NCBI GenBank assembly: GCA_013265495.1
Contig: MU058418.1
Span: 954,917-1,018,916 of the forward strand
Direction of reading: 5' to 3'
Source of the DNA: Vicugna vicugna
Taxonomy: Eukaryota
Length of the DNA stretch: 64,000 bases
Below are positions 39,061 to 51,000 of this stretch, in pieces. Within the stretch, counting starts at the first letter, position 1. Each line of letters starts with the position of its first letter. The position numbers and the translations under genes were made by a program. Under the pieces are notes generated by a model, which saw only the letters and a list, made by a program, of their open reading frames with translations, did not search any database and was not told the DNA's origin.

Positions 39061-41924
39061 ATTTCCTTTCTCTCCTCTCACCACCTTTTAAAAAGCCTGT
39101 AAGCAAAAAAACCTGGCGAGACCTCAGGGAAGACGTGAAACAGCCTTGAAGGTGGGTCACGGTAACAAGTTCCGGACTGTGCACGTGTTGCTTCTCTTCT
39201 GCCCTCTGGCTCCTCTTTAACAAAGATGTCAACCGTGCTAAATCACAGGTGGTGCCTTTGAAAGACTGGCTATTGTCCTCTCATAAGTCAAGATATAAAA
39301 CGCTTTGTACTGAATGGCCCGTGATCTGGAGCTCTCAACTTGGGAGTCGGGCTGTTAGATTTTTTCCCCACCCACCAGAGCCGCTCTTCTCCCAAATGAC
39401 CTCACTTAATAAGCAAAATCTAAATGGGGAAGAAAAAAAAAAAAACCAACATGCTGTTGATGAAAAGAATAGTTACTGATTTCTTCACACTTAATGGCAA
39501 GTATGAGTCTTTTAAAATACAGTCTCATACCAAACAGATCTATGAATTTTAAGTAGAACTGAATTGTATTAATCAGTTGATGGGTTTGTTCGTTTTTTAT
39601 CACTAGAGGAGAAATACAAAGGTTGGGACTCCACAGCTTCTGTTTCTACTGTACTCAAGCAATCTCTTTCTTTAGTCCAGAAAATGTCCTGCCAGTTGCA
39701 CATGAGAGAAAAATTGAAACAAAAAAAAATCTAGTTTTTGTTTATCCGTCAGGTGAATACACACTTCAGCATCATACAGAGGAAACCCTAGGTGGTCTTT
39801 AACAAGATTTCAGTGGTTAAGAGCTACAATTTAGAAAAGATGACAATACATACACAGTGTCAATAGTATTTAAACAAACATCCCAGACAACAGAATAATG
39901 GTTATTAACTATGATGCTTTGGACTTCTGACTAATTCCCCATGCCTGTCTGCAGCCAAACAGCTGCAGTATTTTTTCCTCCTTTAGTACTGTTTATGTGC
40001 ATCATTTTAAAAATTACATTTAACAATCATATCCTTCAGAATAGTCACTCTGTGTGGAACAGAAGTGAGCAGTTTAGTAATAGCGACAAACCCAGTAGCA
40101 GGAATGTCTTTTATGCCAAAAGGACTCTACTCTGTTAGAAATCAACTCCTTCAAAAGATTCTACATCTCTCTGAAATGTGGACCACTGTCTGATGCTCTA
40201 TGTCTTGCATCATGGTTTTACATGTCTAAATAAATGAAGCTCTTTAACCCTACTCACACTTACACAGTATTTTCAAAAGTGATTAAGTTGTATGGCTGTC
40301 CTAAAGTGCACCCCTCCTAGAGTTTGAAAATATTAAAAGAAATCAAAAGAGAAGCTAAGATTATTTGGCATAATTCCTTTCTCACTTCCAGGCAAATATT
40401 AACTTTTAAAAATTATTTTATTGATCGGGACATTAAAATGAATACATTCTTTTTATACTCCAGACACACAACTCCAATCCTTATTTAGCTAATGTAACTG
40501 GAAATACATATATTCAGGGATCCAAATATGCGCTATTATGAATATTTGGGTAATTACATTGTTTTATTAATCATAAATGCATAGACTAAAGTTGAGTTAC
40601 CTCCACTGTTTTCATTGTGGTTTAGCATTTATTAAGTATCTGCTTTGCACTAAAAGACAGTCAAAACATATCAAAGAACCTCAGCCTTCAAAAAAAGGCA
40701 TCTAAATATTTGTATCATCTATAGAGAGAAACATGTTGTATGTGGTGTATGTGGGCATTTCAAATCTCTCATTATTTAATGTCCTCATCTGAAAGAAACA
40801 CTAAATTTAAAATCAGTTTCATCTATTCCAAAATCATGTCAATTACACCTGAAATTTTAGAGACTGGGAGCAACCTACTTCCTGAGTTGTACACTGCTAT
40901 ACCTGAAAGGCCAAATTCTCCTCCTCCCAGCAGGCAATCATCTTATGCCCTGAAGCATGAGATCTGATTACCCCTATCATCATCTTAGCTTGCATAGATA
41001 CAGATGTTATTAACGGCTGTAGTTTATCCAACCCTTTTAAAAAACGCAGCTGCAGCATTTGACTTGGGGACCTCCTGTGAATCCCACTGGTTGACTCCGT
41101 CTTGCACAAAACATGTGGGGTTTGGGGGAGGGAGAAGAGAAGGGGAGGTTTGTTTTGTTTTGGAGGCTTTTTTTTTTTTTGAATCAGACTTCCCTAAATA
41201 GCCACTCGGCATCTTTGTAAGTGATGTGAATTCTGAAATTACTTACTAGAATAGGAGGACGACAGAGCTGTGTGCACTAGATCATTTAGAAACAAAGCAT
41301 ACTAGAATATATGATGCTTTTTACTGCATTGGCAGAGATCAAATTTGTGGTCCTGATATACTTATTGACGGAATGTAGAATCATAGTTTATTCTCAAATA
41401 TGTTAGCCACATTTAAACCGGGCTATCCCTTTTTACATAACAATTGTTTCATTAGTGTTGAAACAGTAATCTGGATAAGGCAGGTTCTAAACCTGCTGTG
41501 GAGGGAATAGAGGGATGGTTTTAAAATCTGAAAGGCCCAGATTGGCAATCCACACTGATCAAATTCAGTGATTAATTGTTCAATTTAATCATTGAGCTTT
41601 TTTTCAGCAACCACAATTAGTGTCTACATCATCCCCTCTACAAAACAGGAAGAAACCTTCACACATTTTCTATCGATTTGGACACAGCAAATTTTAAGTG
41701 CTGGCAGAGAGGGAATTTGAAGAAAAATCTGTCAAGTGGAAGTCTGAAGTTCCAGAAATACCGAACTATTGCTTCAAGTTGCACAAAACACTCTTCTTAA
41801 TTCTGATTAAGAATTCTTATTCCAATTTCACTTGTGAGTGAAATTGCCTTAATAGGAGCTTCTAGAAACCCTTCTGGGAAATGGGAGGTGGCTCAATGCA
41901 GTGAAATTAATATTTCAAAGAGCA

Positions 41925-42095
41925 TTAGACTCAGCATCAAGAGATCTGGGTTCTGGGGTTGGCCTCTGTCTCTAGATGAGTGACCTAGGACAAGCTTTGT
42001 CTCGAATGGTCTCAGTTTCCTCATCTGTAAAATGATGGAATTAGATGAGTACTTATTTTTAAGGTCCCTTGTGATTTGTGTGTACTATAATTCTG
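41925..42095 (+). mobile_element. MIR SINE
   Basis: GTGACCTAGGACAAG...CTCAGTTTCCTCATCTGTAAAATG...AAGGTCCCTT. Confidence 0.8.
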
Positions 42096-45000
42096 GGCTA
42101 AATAGAAGCCAAGTCAGATTGTGCAATTCACAGGAAATTAAGGGGTTCAATCAGGCTTAGGGGCCAATCTTTCCCTGGATATAGTCTACTTTCTTATTTC
42201 TCTAGTTATTCTTTTGTTTTAGAAAGCCAAAAATTACTTCATTGCTTCCCAAGGTTTGAGGATCTAGAGGACCTGTCCCTACTCGCTATCCTCTTCATTG
42301 CTGGGGCAGAGCAAAGGCTTACCTCAACCCTCACCTCACCCCTCTCCTCAAGCCTCAACTTCACTTGTGAGTACCATCAAGCAGGGTCGCTCATAAGTTC
42401 CACATTTTTCAAGCACTGCTATGTGCCAGAGTGCTAGGGGCTGAAGACTAAAGATGAATCTGTCTGCCTCATGGAGCTCCCTGTCTAGCTGGACAGCTAA
42501 ATATCCCTTATGTCTCCTCTAAACCTTTTAGTCTTGCCATTAGGAAATAAGAACCAAGCAGCTTTATCTCTGTTGACCTATCTTCCTGGGGGATTTCTTA
42601 TTCCTTTGTTCCTTGTAACATCTCTGGTTGTTTTTGTTTTGAATACATCTCAGGTTAGTCATCTTATAAAGAGAGAGCCCAGGTCTTAAATTAAAGCCAT
42701 TTGACATGAGAGTCATGATAAATTCTTCCTGCAATGAGGCAGGATATAAATAACTAAAATATTGTATGTAGGAAATAAAGTAAGAGATGGGAGAAAGATG
42801 TGTCTATTTGATTGTTCTTGGGGCAAGATGAATATAAAAGTTTAGTGAGACTCTAGAAACTTATAATCCTCAGCCTGCCCAGACCTGAAATTTTCTACTG
42901 ATGTGGCCCTGAGAGTGTGTGAATAAATGCAGAGATACAAGATTTGTTACTTGTTAAGGAAAAAGGGCGGGAGGAGCCCATCACATAGAGCATTGTCCTA
43001 TTGCTGTTGCTGTTGGCACTAATACTAGATTGTATGAGAGAGGCAGGGGTGCAGAGGTGTTGTTAGTAGGGAGTAAAAGACAACTCTTAGCTAACAGAGT
43101 TCTAGAAAATTCAAGGAAAAACTCTGCAACTCTGCACGAGTTGGATTCTAAAGCACCTGAGTCTCTTTTCTGTATTGTTCTCAGTATTTCTTTATGAGTA
43201 GAGTTAGATAGGAGCCAAACAACTTGTAGAGAGATCCACAGCAGACTCGGGAGCAAGCCTGGTGAGACCACTTCTTGCATTTACATCATTTATCAAGCCC
43301 TCACTGAGCACCTACTTTGTGCTGGACACTGCTCCACGACCCATCTTCTCTCTCACTTGCCATCCATTGGGGAAGCCACAACCAACTATAGGTTGAATTA
43401 TGACTTGAAAGCAAATGAAAATCAATTTTCTCCTTCATGTAAACAAACAAGTTGTGTCAGAATGTCTTTTGGAAACTGACCGTCAAACCTCAGCCAAGCT
43501 TAACTGATAGCTTTTACCATACATTTTCTTGGTCTGTGTATTTCTCAGCTCTGTATGTGAGATGAGGGGAATTTTAAAGGAATGAATCTCTAGAGGAAGA
43601 ATAGCCTCTGAGAGGGGGTTGGTCACTGTTGGGGAGGAGGGTCTCTACTCTACACCAACTTTAGCTCTGCTAGCTAATGGAAAAGCTTTTCCTTTCTCCT
43701 TTGCTGTTTTAATTTAGAAGAATGGAGGGGGGCAGTTAATGGGGGAAATGGCACTATTTTTAGGGAAGCTAGCAAGTGGAGAGCTAGGGTTTGACACAGA
43801 TAATCTGATGCTGGAGGGTGCTCTACACCCCTGCTTCTCTCATATAGTCTAGTTAACAGGACTATACTTTCCTTTTTAAGTGGATAGATAGGAAGGAAGA
43901 TAGCAGAAAAGTGAACTATAATACAAGACAGCTTCCAGAGGCAGTAGATTCCCCTAACACATGGCCAGCTTTCCAGGGCATTTCCTGCCAGTATACCTGA
44001 CTCCACACTAGTTTAGGGGCCTGTGTATACTTTTCCAGAATGTCCTGTGTTTTAGTGCAGTCCAAAGCACTTACTACCTTTTGTGTATTTGCCTTCCCTG
44101 TAGCCTCCTTGAAAAGGGACTCATGTTATTAATCTCTGGCACACAGTGGATGCTCAGTATTTGACGAATGGGGTGAATTGTTGGATAGACAGAGAGATTC
44201 CTAGGTCCCATCATCCTTCTCAAAGTCTTATTTCTTATCTCCTGGACCAAAATGTAAACATCCTGTAATAAAAGATGTCTTCCCTGTGTTTTTTGTTTTG
44301 GTTTTGGTTGAGAGCTCCATATTCACAAGAGGATAAATAGGAACTTAGGGGCTGTTTGGACCTGGTCAGAAGGGCTTCAGAACATCTGGGGTGTAACCAC
44401 TCCCTCTCTAGGCTAAATTTATAAACTCATCCTTGAACTTAATATCTTCTCTGTAAAAAGGTATTTCTGAGACACATGGCACTTGCTCCTTATCAACTAC
44501 TTCTCTCTGTGGACTCACAGGAAAAATGTTTGGAAGTTAAGGTTGAATACGATTTAAATCATTTCCCAGATAATGATCTGGAGCCTAGAGAGGTCTAGTC
44601 ACTTGCCTAAATTTACACAGCTAGTTGGGACACAGCCTGAACCCCCACCTCCACCCCACCTAGGCTTCTAGTGATTAGCCTTGCTGTGCTTCCAGCTGCT
44701 TCTTGGGAAATCTGCAGGCGACTTTCTGCCTTCATACTTTGGCTGAAATTTTATGCACCACCAACTATGAATCAGGCAGCGTGCTCAAGCCCATGAATAG
44801 GAAGATGAAAAGTAGCAGTTCCCTGCTTTGCATAGTCTTTCTTCTTTGATCTGCACGCAGAGTCCCAAGTTTCTATGCCTTAGATCCAACATCCCTGTGT
44901 CCTGTAGCAGCTTTGAGTGGGCACTCACGCACCAGGATCCTCATGGACATGGTGGGCAGCTGGGCCCTAGCCCCTCCCATCCACCCTGTATCTTGTCACT

Positions 45001-45582
45001 GCCACTGCCACCCTACCAATCACGCCAGAAAGTCATCATGATGATTTCAGAACTGCATTGTGATTTATGCAAAGCATGCAGATAATTACAGCTGGGCGTG
45101 CAGAACGCAGGACGAACATGCTGTGGGTGTGTGTGCGCATACTGTTCCTTTTGCCAGGGCTAGATGTGTGTATGTGTGTGTGTGTTTCTATTCAGTGGAA
45201 TTCTTCTTGACACCCTGCTTGATTCGAGACTAGTGGCAGGAGAAAGAGTGTATATTCCCATTTTGATTTTGAGACAATTTGTTGAGACGGGAATATTTCC
45301 CAAAAGTTTTGGTGCCTGCAAACTGAGCTGATAGGGCTTAAATTTCTGGAGTAGGGAAAGTGATAGATTGCACTCTCCAGAACCATAGTCCTCCTACCTC
45401 CAAGCCCCGGAATCTGCAAAGCAGCTTCCAGGTCTCCTTGCCACAGATACCTAAACTTTTCCCTTGGAGACAGGCCCGGGTCTAGTCTTCCACGCCGGAC
45501 TTCATCTTTGCACGAGGTAAATTACTTGGACTCTTTAAGTTCTTTGGCCTTAACCAAGCGCCCCTCTTTGCGTCTACATGAC

Positions 45583-45606
45583 GGTGGTGGTGGTGGTGGT
45601 GGTGGT
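45583..45606. repeat. (GGT)8 trinucleotide repeat
   Basis: Directly visible, at the edge of the promoter CpG island. Confidence 0.9.
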
Positions 45607-48027
45607 GACAAGTGTATTTCTGGCGGGAGCCAGAATCCCAGGCTCCAGCATGGAGCCTGGCACGGTAACTGTGTTTCTCAAATGCCGTGGGGTAATAATT
45701 TCCTTTTCTAGGCGCGGAGTTCAAGTTTGCACTACGTCACCCGCAGGGCTAGCTGCGCACGTGTCTTCCCAACCTGGTTGTCCAAAATGTTTGATTTTTT
45801 GTCTTGTCTCCTAAAAAACCCGAAGGTTTAAGCTTTGTTCCACATTACTCTAATCTCGTCCCACTTCGAAAAACCAGGGAGGGATAACTTGAGAAGTAGT
45901 CGTCTCCCTTCTTGCTCTTTCGGAGTGCCCCCAACCCCCGAGCCCTGGTAGCTGCGTAGCACTAGGGAGGACCTGGGCTCTGGTGCGTGGCTTGCGCGGG
46001 CGGGGGCTCCCGGCCCAGCCAAGGCTGCTGCGGAAAGTTGCGGTCACGTGCTGCGGCGGCCAACAAGAGCGCACAGCCGGCGCCCCTGAACCTCCGGGGC
46101 CGAGGAGCTGCTGCGCCCTCCGAGGGCTCGGGGACGCAAGCACTTACTTGCAAACACAGACTCTGATCGAAAGCCCGGGTTGACACCGAGTCTGGAGAAA
46201 GTGGGATGGGGGCGGCGGACAGAATTGCAGAGCGCTAGTATCGGTTCACCTCCTCCAGAGCGTGCGCGGAGGGCGGGAGAGCAGGAGGTGTGACCCCTGA
46301 CCTTTGGCAGGGCCCAAGCCTGGAGGAGAGGCTGGCAAGCTCTTGTTCGACAAGTTCAAGCTGCTGGGAGAGCTTAAATAAGAATTAATCTCTTAACGAT
46401 CGGGGATCACTACTCCCTCGGCGTGCGCTCTCCCAGCGCGGTGCAGGGACCAGGGAGCGAGAGATCACAGGAATCGCGGGAAGGAGGGTGGGAGGGGTGG
46501 GGCTGAGGCGAGGGAGCTCTCCAGAATCCCTGGACCCTGAGACAGGGGGCAAGCGAAACCTGCAGGACATGAGCAGCGGGAGGGAAAGCCCTGCCCTCCA
46601 GCCGCTCCAGTGCAGAAATAATGGTGGCGAAACAAGTTTGCCCTGCTCCAGATGGGCTTTACTTCAGCAAGCTGGTGGCACGCTCCTGGCGGCTGGTGCC
46701 TAAGCGGACCACGCGAAGGCCGGAAGAACGAGGAGCCTCCAGCAAACCCCATCCCAGGCCCCAAGTCCTCACACAGCATCTTCGCCTATAACTTTCCGTA
46801 GATAGTTGCAAAATGAATAATTACTCACCTCGGGGCGGATCCAAGTTTTACCCAACAGAAGGGGCGCGAGACCAAGAGTGAACCAACTCACATGGCCATA
46901 TCCGGCGCGCAAAATCACATACAAACACTCAGCCACCCAGTTCTTCCATGAATCTGTCTGGCGCTCTGGAGGGAAGTGGGAAAGCGTTTTGAGAAAGCTC
47001 TAGCTCCCCCCTCCTTCCCCCTTGCCATGAAATATAATAATTCATTTTTATTACAAGAGCAGCACCATCCTCACCATTACGCACGCACAGAGCCACACTC
47101 CCATAGTTACACTCAACTCCTCAGCTCCGAGAGCGCCTGCATTTTCTTTGGGAGCCGCTTGGAGGTTCATTAATATCATTAGCATTTAACCCCCTCCCTC
47201 TTTCCATCCCCTCCCCGCACATGGCTGACGTCAGACCCCGCCAGGAGTTGGGGGAAAAGCTAAGTGGGCCAGGGACGCCCTATTCCCCTCCCCGCGGCTG
47301 CCTGTCAGAGCGCTTCTGGAGATATTACAGGGGACCCAGCCTGCAGCGACATGCACAAAGTCACGGGGTAATGAACTTCGGAGACCCTTTGCCGCTGCGT
47401 GCTCGGCTCTCCCCGGAAACCGGGAGCTCGCCGCCTGTTCCCTCGGAAGACTTCCCAGCAATCTAGTTTTCCCACTCCGCTCTCGGGTTTGGGCAGCACC
47501 GAGCCCATCTTGCCTGAGATTGCGGTTGTCTTTTCCTTCTTTCCTTAAAAGAGCAGCGGTCTGTAGAGATCTGCCCACACTCTGCATACCTAATGTAGAG
47601 GGAGAAATTGAAGACTGAGAGACAGGAATGGGGAGAGAGAGGGATTTTGCCCTTATTGCTCCGTAGGAGACCGTTTTCGTGTCTCCATCTGTGTGCTTCA
47701 ATACCCTTCTCTTGCCTGTCCTCCCTTCTTCCTCGATCTGTCTGTCCATTTGTCTGTCCATGCGTGTGTCTATACCAAGCGACATTCCCAGCAGCTGCGG
47801 TTTTGCAAGAGCCGGGAAGAAACTTAAGGATGCTTAAATTTCCACTGTGGAACGAATTCTGAGCGCCCGGGGAGCAGCGCAGCGCGCAACCGACACCCAC
47901 CTGTCCCGCCCCATAGTCTCGCAGGCTGGAGGGCGGCTGGAGAGCGGCGGCGCCCGGCGGCGAGGCGGGCGCTGCCGGCCGGGACTCGGGCAGCGCCCAC
48001 CAACCGCTCCGCCCCGGGACCGCCAGC

Positions 48028-48052
48028 ATGAGCAAGCCAGCCGGATCAACAA
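48028..48052 (+). CDS. NR2E1: NR2E1 exon 1 coding part (MSKPAGST + 1 nt)
   Basis: gccagcATGagc start context; donor CAA|gtgggt; phase 1. Confidence 0.96.
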
Positions 48053-51000
48053 GTGGGTACCTATCGGGCCGCCGCGGGGCTCAGGCGCGCAGCCTGGGGC
48101 GGGCGGGCTGGGTTGCGGTGGAAGTCCTCCCCGAGCTCCGAAGCTCTGAGCCCGAGAGAGGGACTCCAGCGGTGTGTGCACTTTCGCCCAGCTCCTTGTA
48201 AACCGTGAGTCAGTGCATTCCGTGGTGAAGGAAGAACAATTTCGTTACCTCTGGATTGCTTGATTCCCCCCACCCCTCCCCTGCTCTCTGGTGTGGTGGG
48301 AAGGTTGTGACCCAGGCAGACCACCAGTCCCGCTAGTTGCCTCCACTTAGCCGCCAGGTGCGGGTGGGGGTTGGGGGCGACAGGGGCGGGAACTAGGCCG
48401 CAGACCCAGGCGGCAGCACAATAACACGCTCGCCCAAAACTCCGATCCCCAGAGCGCAAAAGCAACTCTAACTCTGCGCAAAGCGGATTTTGAATGGAAT
48501 GCTTTGCACCCCGTTTCTAGTTATTTCAAATAATCCTGCAAACTGGGAAGCAGAAACAATTTAAAAGTCACATTTTCCTTAATCCTAAATCCGCGTAGGT
48601 CATAACTGGGGAATTTAAAGTATGGCGAACCGCTCTAGCAAAGAGAAGACCAAATCCCTAATCCCAAGGACTTTTCGAGCGGGCGCTCGGCAGAGGCAGG
48701 AGAATGCGGCCTGTTCCCTTCGCGCGCTTCTCCAGTTCCCTAAACTTGTTTAGCTGGCGGCTCTTGCTTGGAACGCCAAGCCGCGGCTCATCTCCAACCG
48801 CCCCTAGACGCCGGAGTGTAGGGCTGAGTGTATGTGCGAGGGCTTTTGCGTGCACCGTGCCTGGGGAACCGAGAATGTGCAGGCCAGAGCCGGCGTTGGG
48901 CTGGCGCGGTCACAAACCTTGGATCTCCGCGGGGCATTTCAGTTCCCGCCTTCTGGTGGCCCGTGGCTGCGGTTTCCAGGGTCCAAGGCTGGGGGTGGCC
49001 GTTGCCGGTAGTCTCCACACCCCGGGGTGCCCCCGCCGCCCTTGTTGTTTTCGCCTATAGCATTTTTGGCGCTTGTGCTTTCCTCAAATAGCCCCTCCCC
49101 ACACTCTCTCTCATTATCCCGAGTCTTTGAAAGTTAGGAGAGTCCAAGATACTTCTGAGGACTGATAATGAAGTCCCACTTGAGTGAGATACAATTCCTC
49201 CCCGCCCTCCCAAGAAGTGAGTTGTGTCCTCACTTTGTCCGTTTGGTTTGGTTTTGTGCGCTGCCGTTTTAAAAATTGGAGTAAAGTGAACGTGAACAAA
49301 AAGAGAAAAGTGTTTAGAGCTAGGGCAGAGAGAGAAGAAATCTTAGCCGCTGCCCAAATCAGAGCCGACACTGGAGTAGGACTGGCGTTTCTATTTAGCC
49401 TCGGGCCTACCTGGCCCTCACTGTTCGAATCTCTGGGCAAGGGGGCAAGTTCGCATATATTTTGTGGCCCATGTTCTGGCCTGTAAGGGTCTTTCCCGGG
49501 AGGCACAAAAGGAAAGCTTTCCTGGTGCATTCCGAGCCTCCATTGCAAAAACCGAAGCCAACCGGCCTCAGCAGGCCTCGGTGCTTTCTTACCGTGTGAC
49601 AGGCCCTCACCTTCTTCCCTGGAAGTAAGGAGCCTCAGACCTTTTTGCCCCACTTGGGGTGCGGAGTCGCCGGGGTTGAGAGGCCTTGAAAAGTGAGGCC
49701 TCGGAGGTGAGGGAAGGTGCGCCCGCAAACTGGGTTTGTTGGGAGCCGCTCCCGGTACTGTGGATGGACTAGGAGTTAGGCAAACCCTCCGGACTTTTAG
49801 AGGGGAAAGGCAGAGTGACACTGGGGAAACTTTGGAGCTTTCTAGTTCCCCAGGATCCTGAGTTGGGCCTCGTAAGCCTCGAGCCCCTACGCAAATCCGG
49901 AGGCCGCCGCAGAGGTTTCTCAGGCCCGCAAGACTGCAGCTCCCATGGCTTTTCCAGACTGGTGGCGGCAGCCGGGCCCAAGCCTGCGGCCCTCCGGCCT
50001 GGGCAGCCAGGAGGTCGCGCGCAGCAGGCGAGGTCAGGCCGGAGCCTGGCCACAAGGTCTACGACCCGGGCCTCACTCGGTTTCGCACAGCTGGAGACCA
50101 GAGCGATGTCACCCGGGTGCCCCGCCTGGGTGGTAACAAGACCCCGGCCAGTCACCCCTGAAGCCCAGACTAACTTCTTTCAACAGCCTCTGATGGTAAT
50201 TACAGTAATCGAAGCTGCCATATATCTTTAGGCAATTATGACACACAAAAAGCCCCGAGGGGACCCCCTGGTGAGGGAAGTTAAGAACGGTTTTCCAGCC
50301 TCTGGAAACTCCCGCCTGCCTCACGTCGGAACTCGCTCGAGTTACTAAATGAGAAGAGCTTTGCAACGGGGTCAACCAGCTTGTCTCGTGACCCCAAGTC
50401 ACCTTAACGTGGCTGGGTGGTGGAGTTTGAGGCGCAGACCCGTTCTGCCCCGGAATTTTCGCGTCCTCCCTCCTGTGCCCCGCCCCAGGCGGGTATGTCT
50501 GTCTCTAATGTGCTCGGAGGTCTGCGCAGGGGCAGGGCCTACCCGCCGCCCTGGAGGCCCCGGGGGCGACGGTCGAGAAGCCCCACCGCTGGAGCCCAAT
50601 GAGGGTCGCCCACCCCGCACAGGTCCTCTCTCGATTCCATTGGCGTTCTCCAGAGATGCGTGTCTCTGTGCTCTAGTTTGGATGGGAAGCGGGAAGGGGA
50701 AACCCCACTACTGCTTCTCCCGCGCGATCATCTGATGCCAAAAGTGCCACCGGGAAGAGAAGTACAGATGGGCGACAGGATGGCTGGCTCCCAAACACGG
50801 ACCCTAGCTCAGCCAGAGGACGTGTGTTATGCAGAGGAGGATGGTTGCAAAATCTGGAAAAACAAGTTTACTGCTTTCCAGAGTGAGGGCGGTTGCTGGG
50901 TGGTCGTTGAGTTCCCTTGGGCTCACTGACAGGCCCGAAGGGACAAGACCCGAAGTGGCCTCGCCTGCCTCTCTCCAGGCCCTTCCTCCTCCTCCCAGCA

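Noticed and set aside
45482..45724. ORFs with poly-His, poly-Gly or poly-Val runs
   Set aside because: Produced by the (GGT)8 repeat.
46851..46868. CTCF-like motifs (also ~9774-9788, ~9844, ~17040)
   Set aside because: Imperfect matches, mostly in GC-rich DNA; cannot be supported without PWM scoring or ChIP data.
49114..50055. 313-aa ORF on - (antisense in intron 1)
   Set aside because: Same CpG-island artefact; non-ATG start and no recognisable homology.
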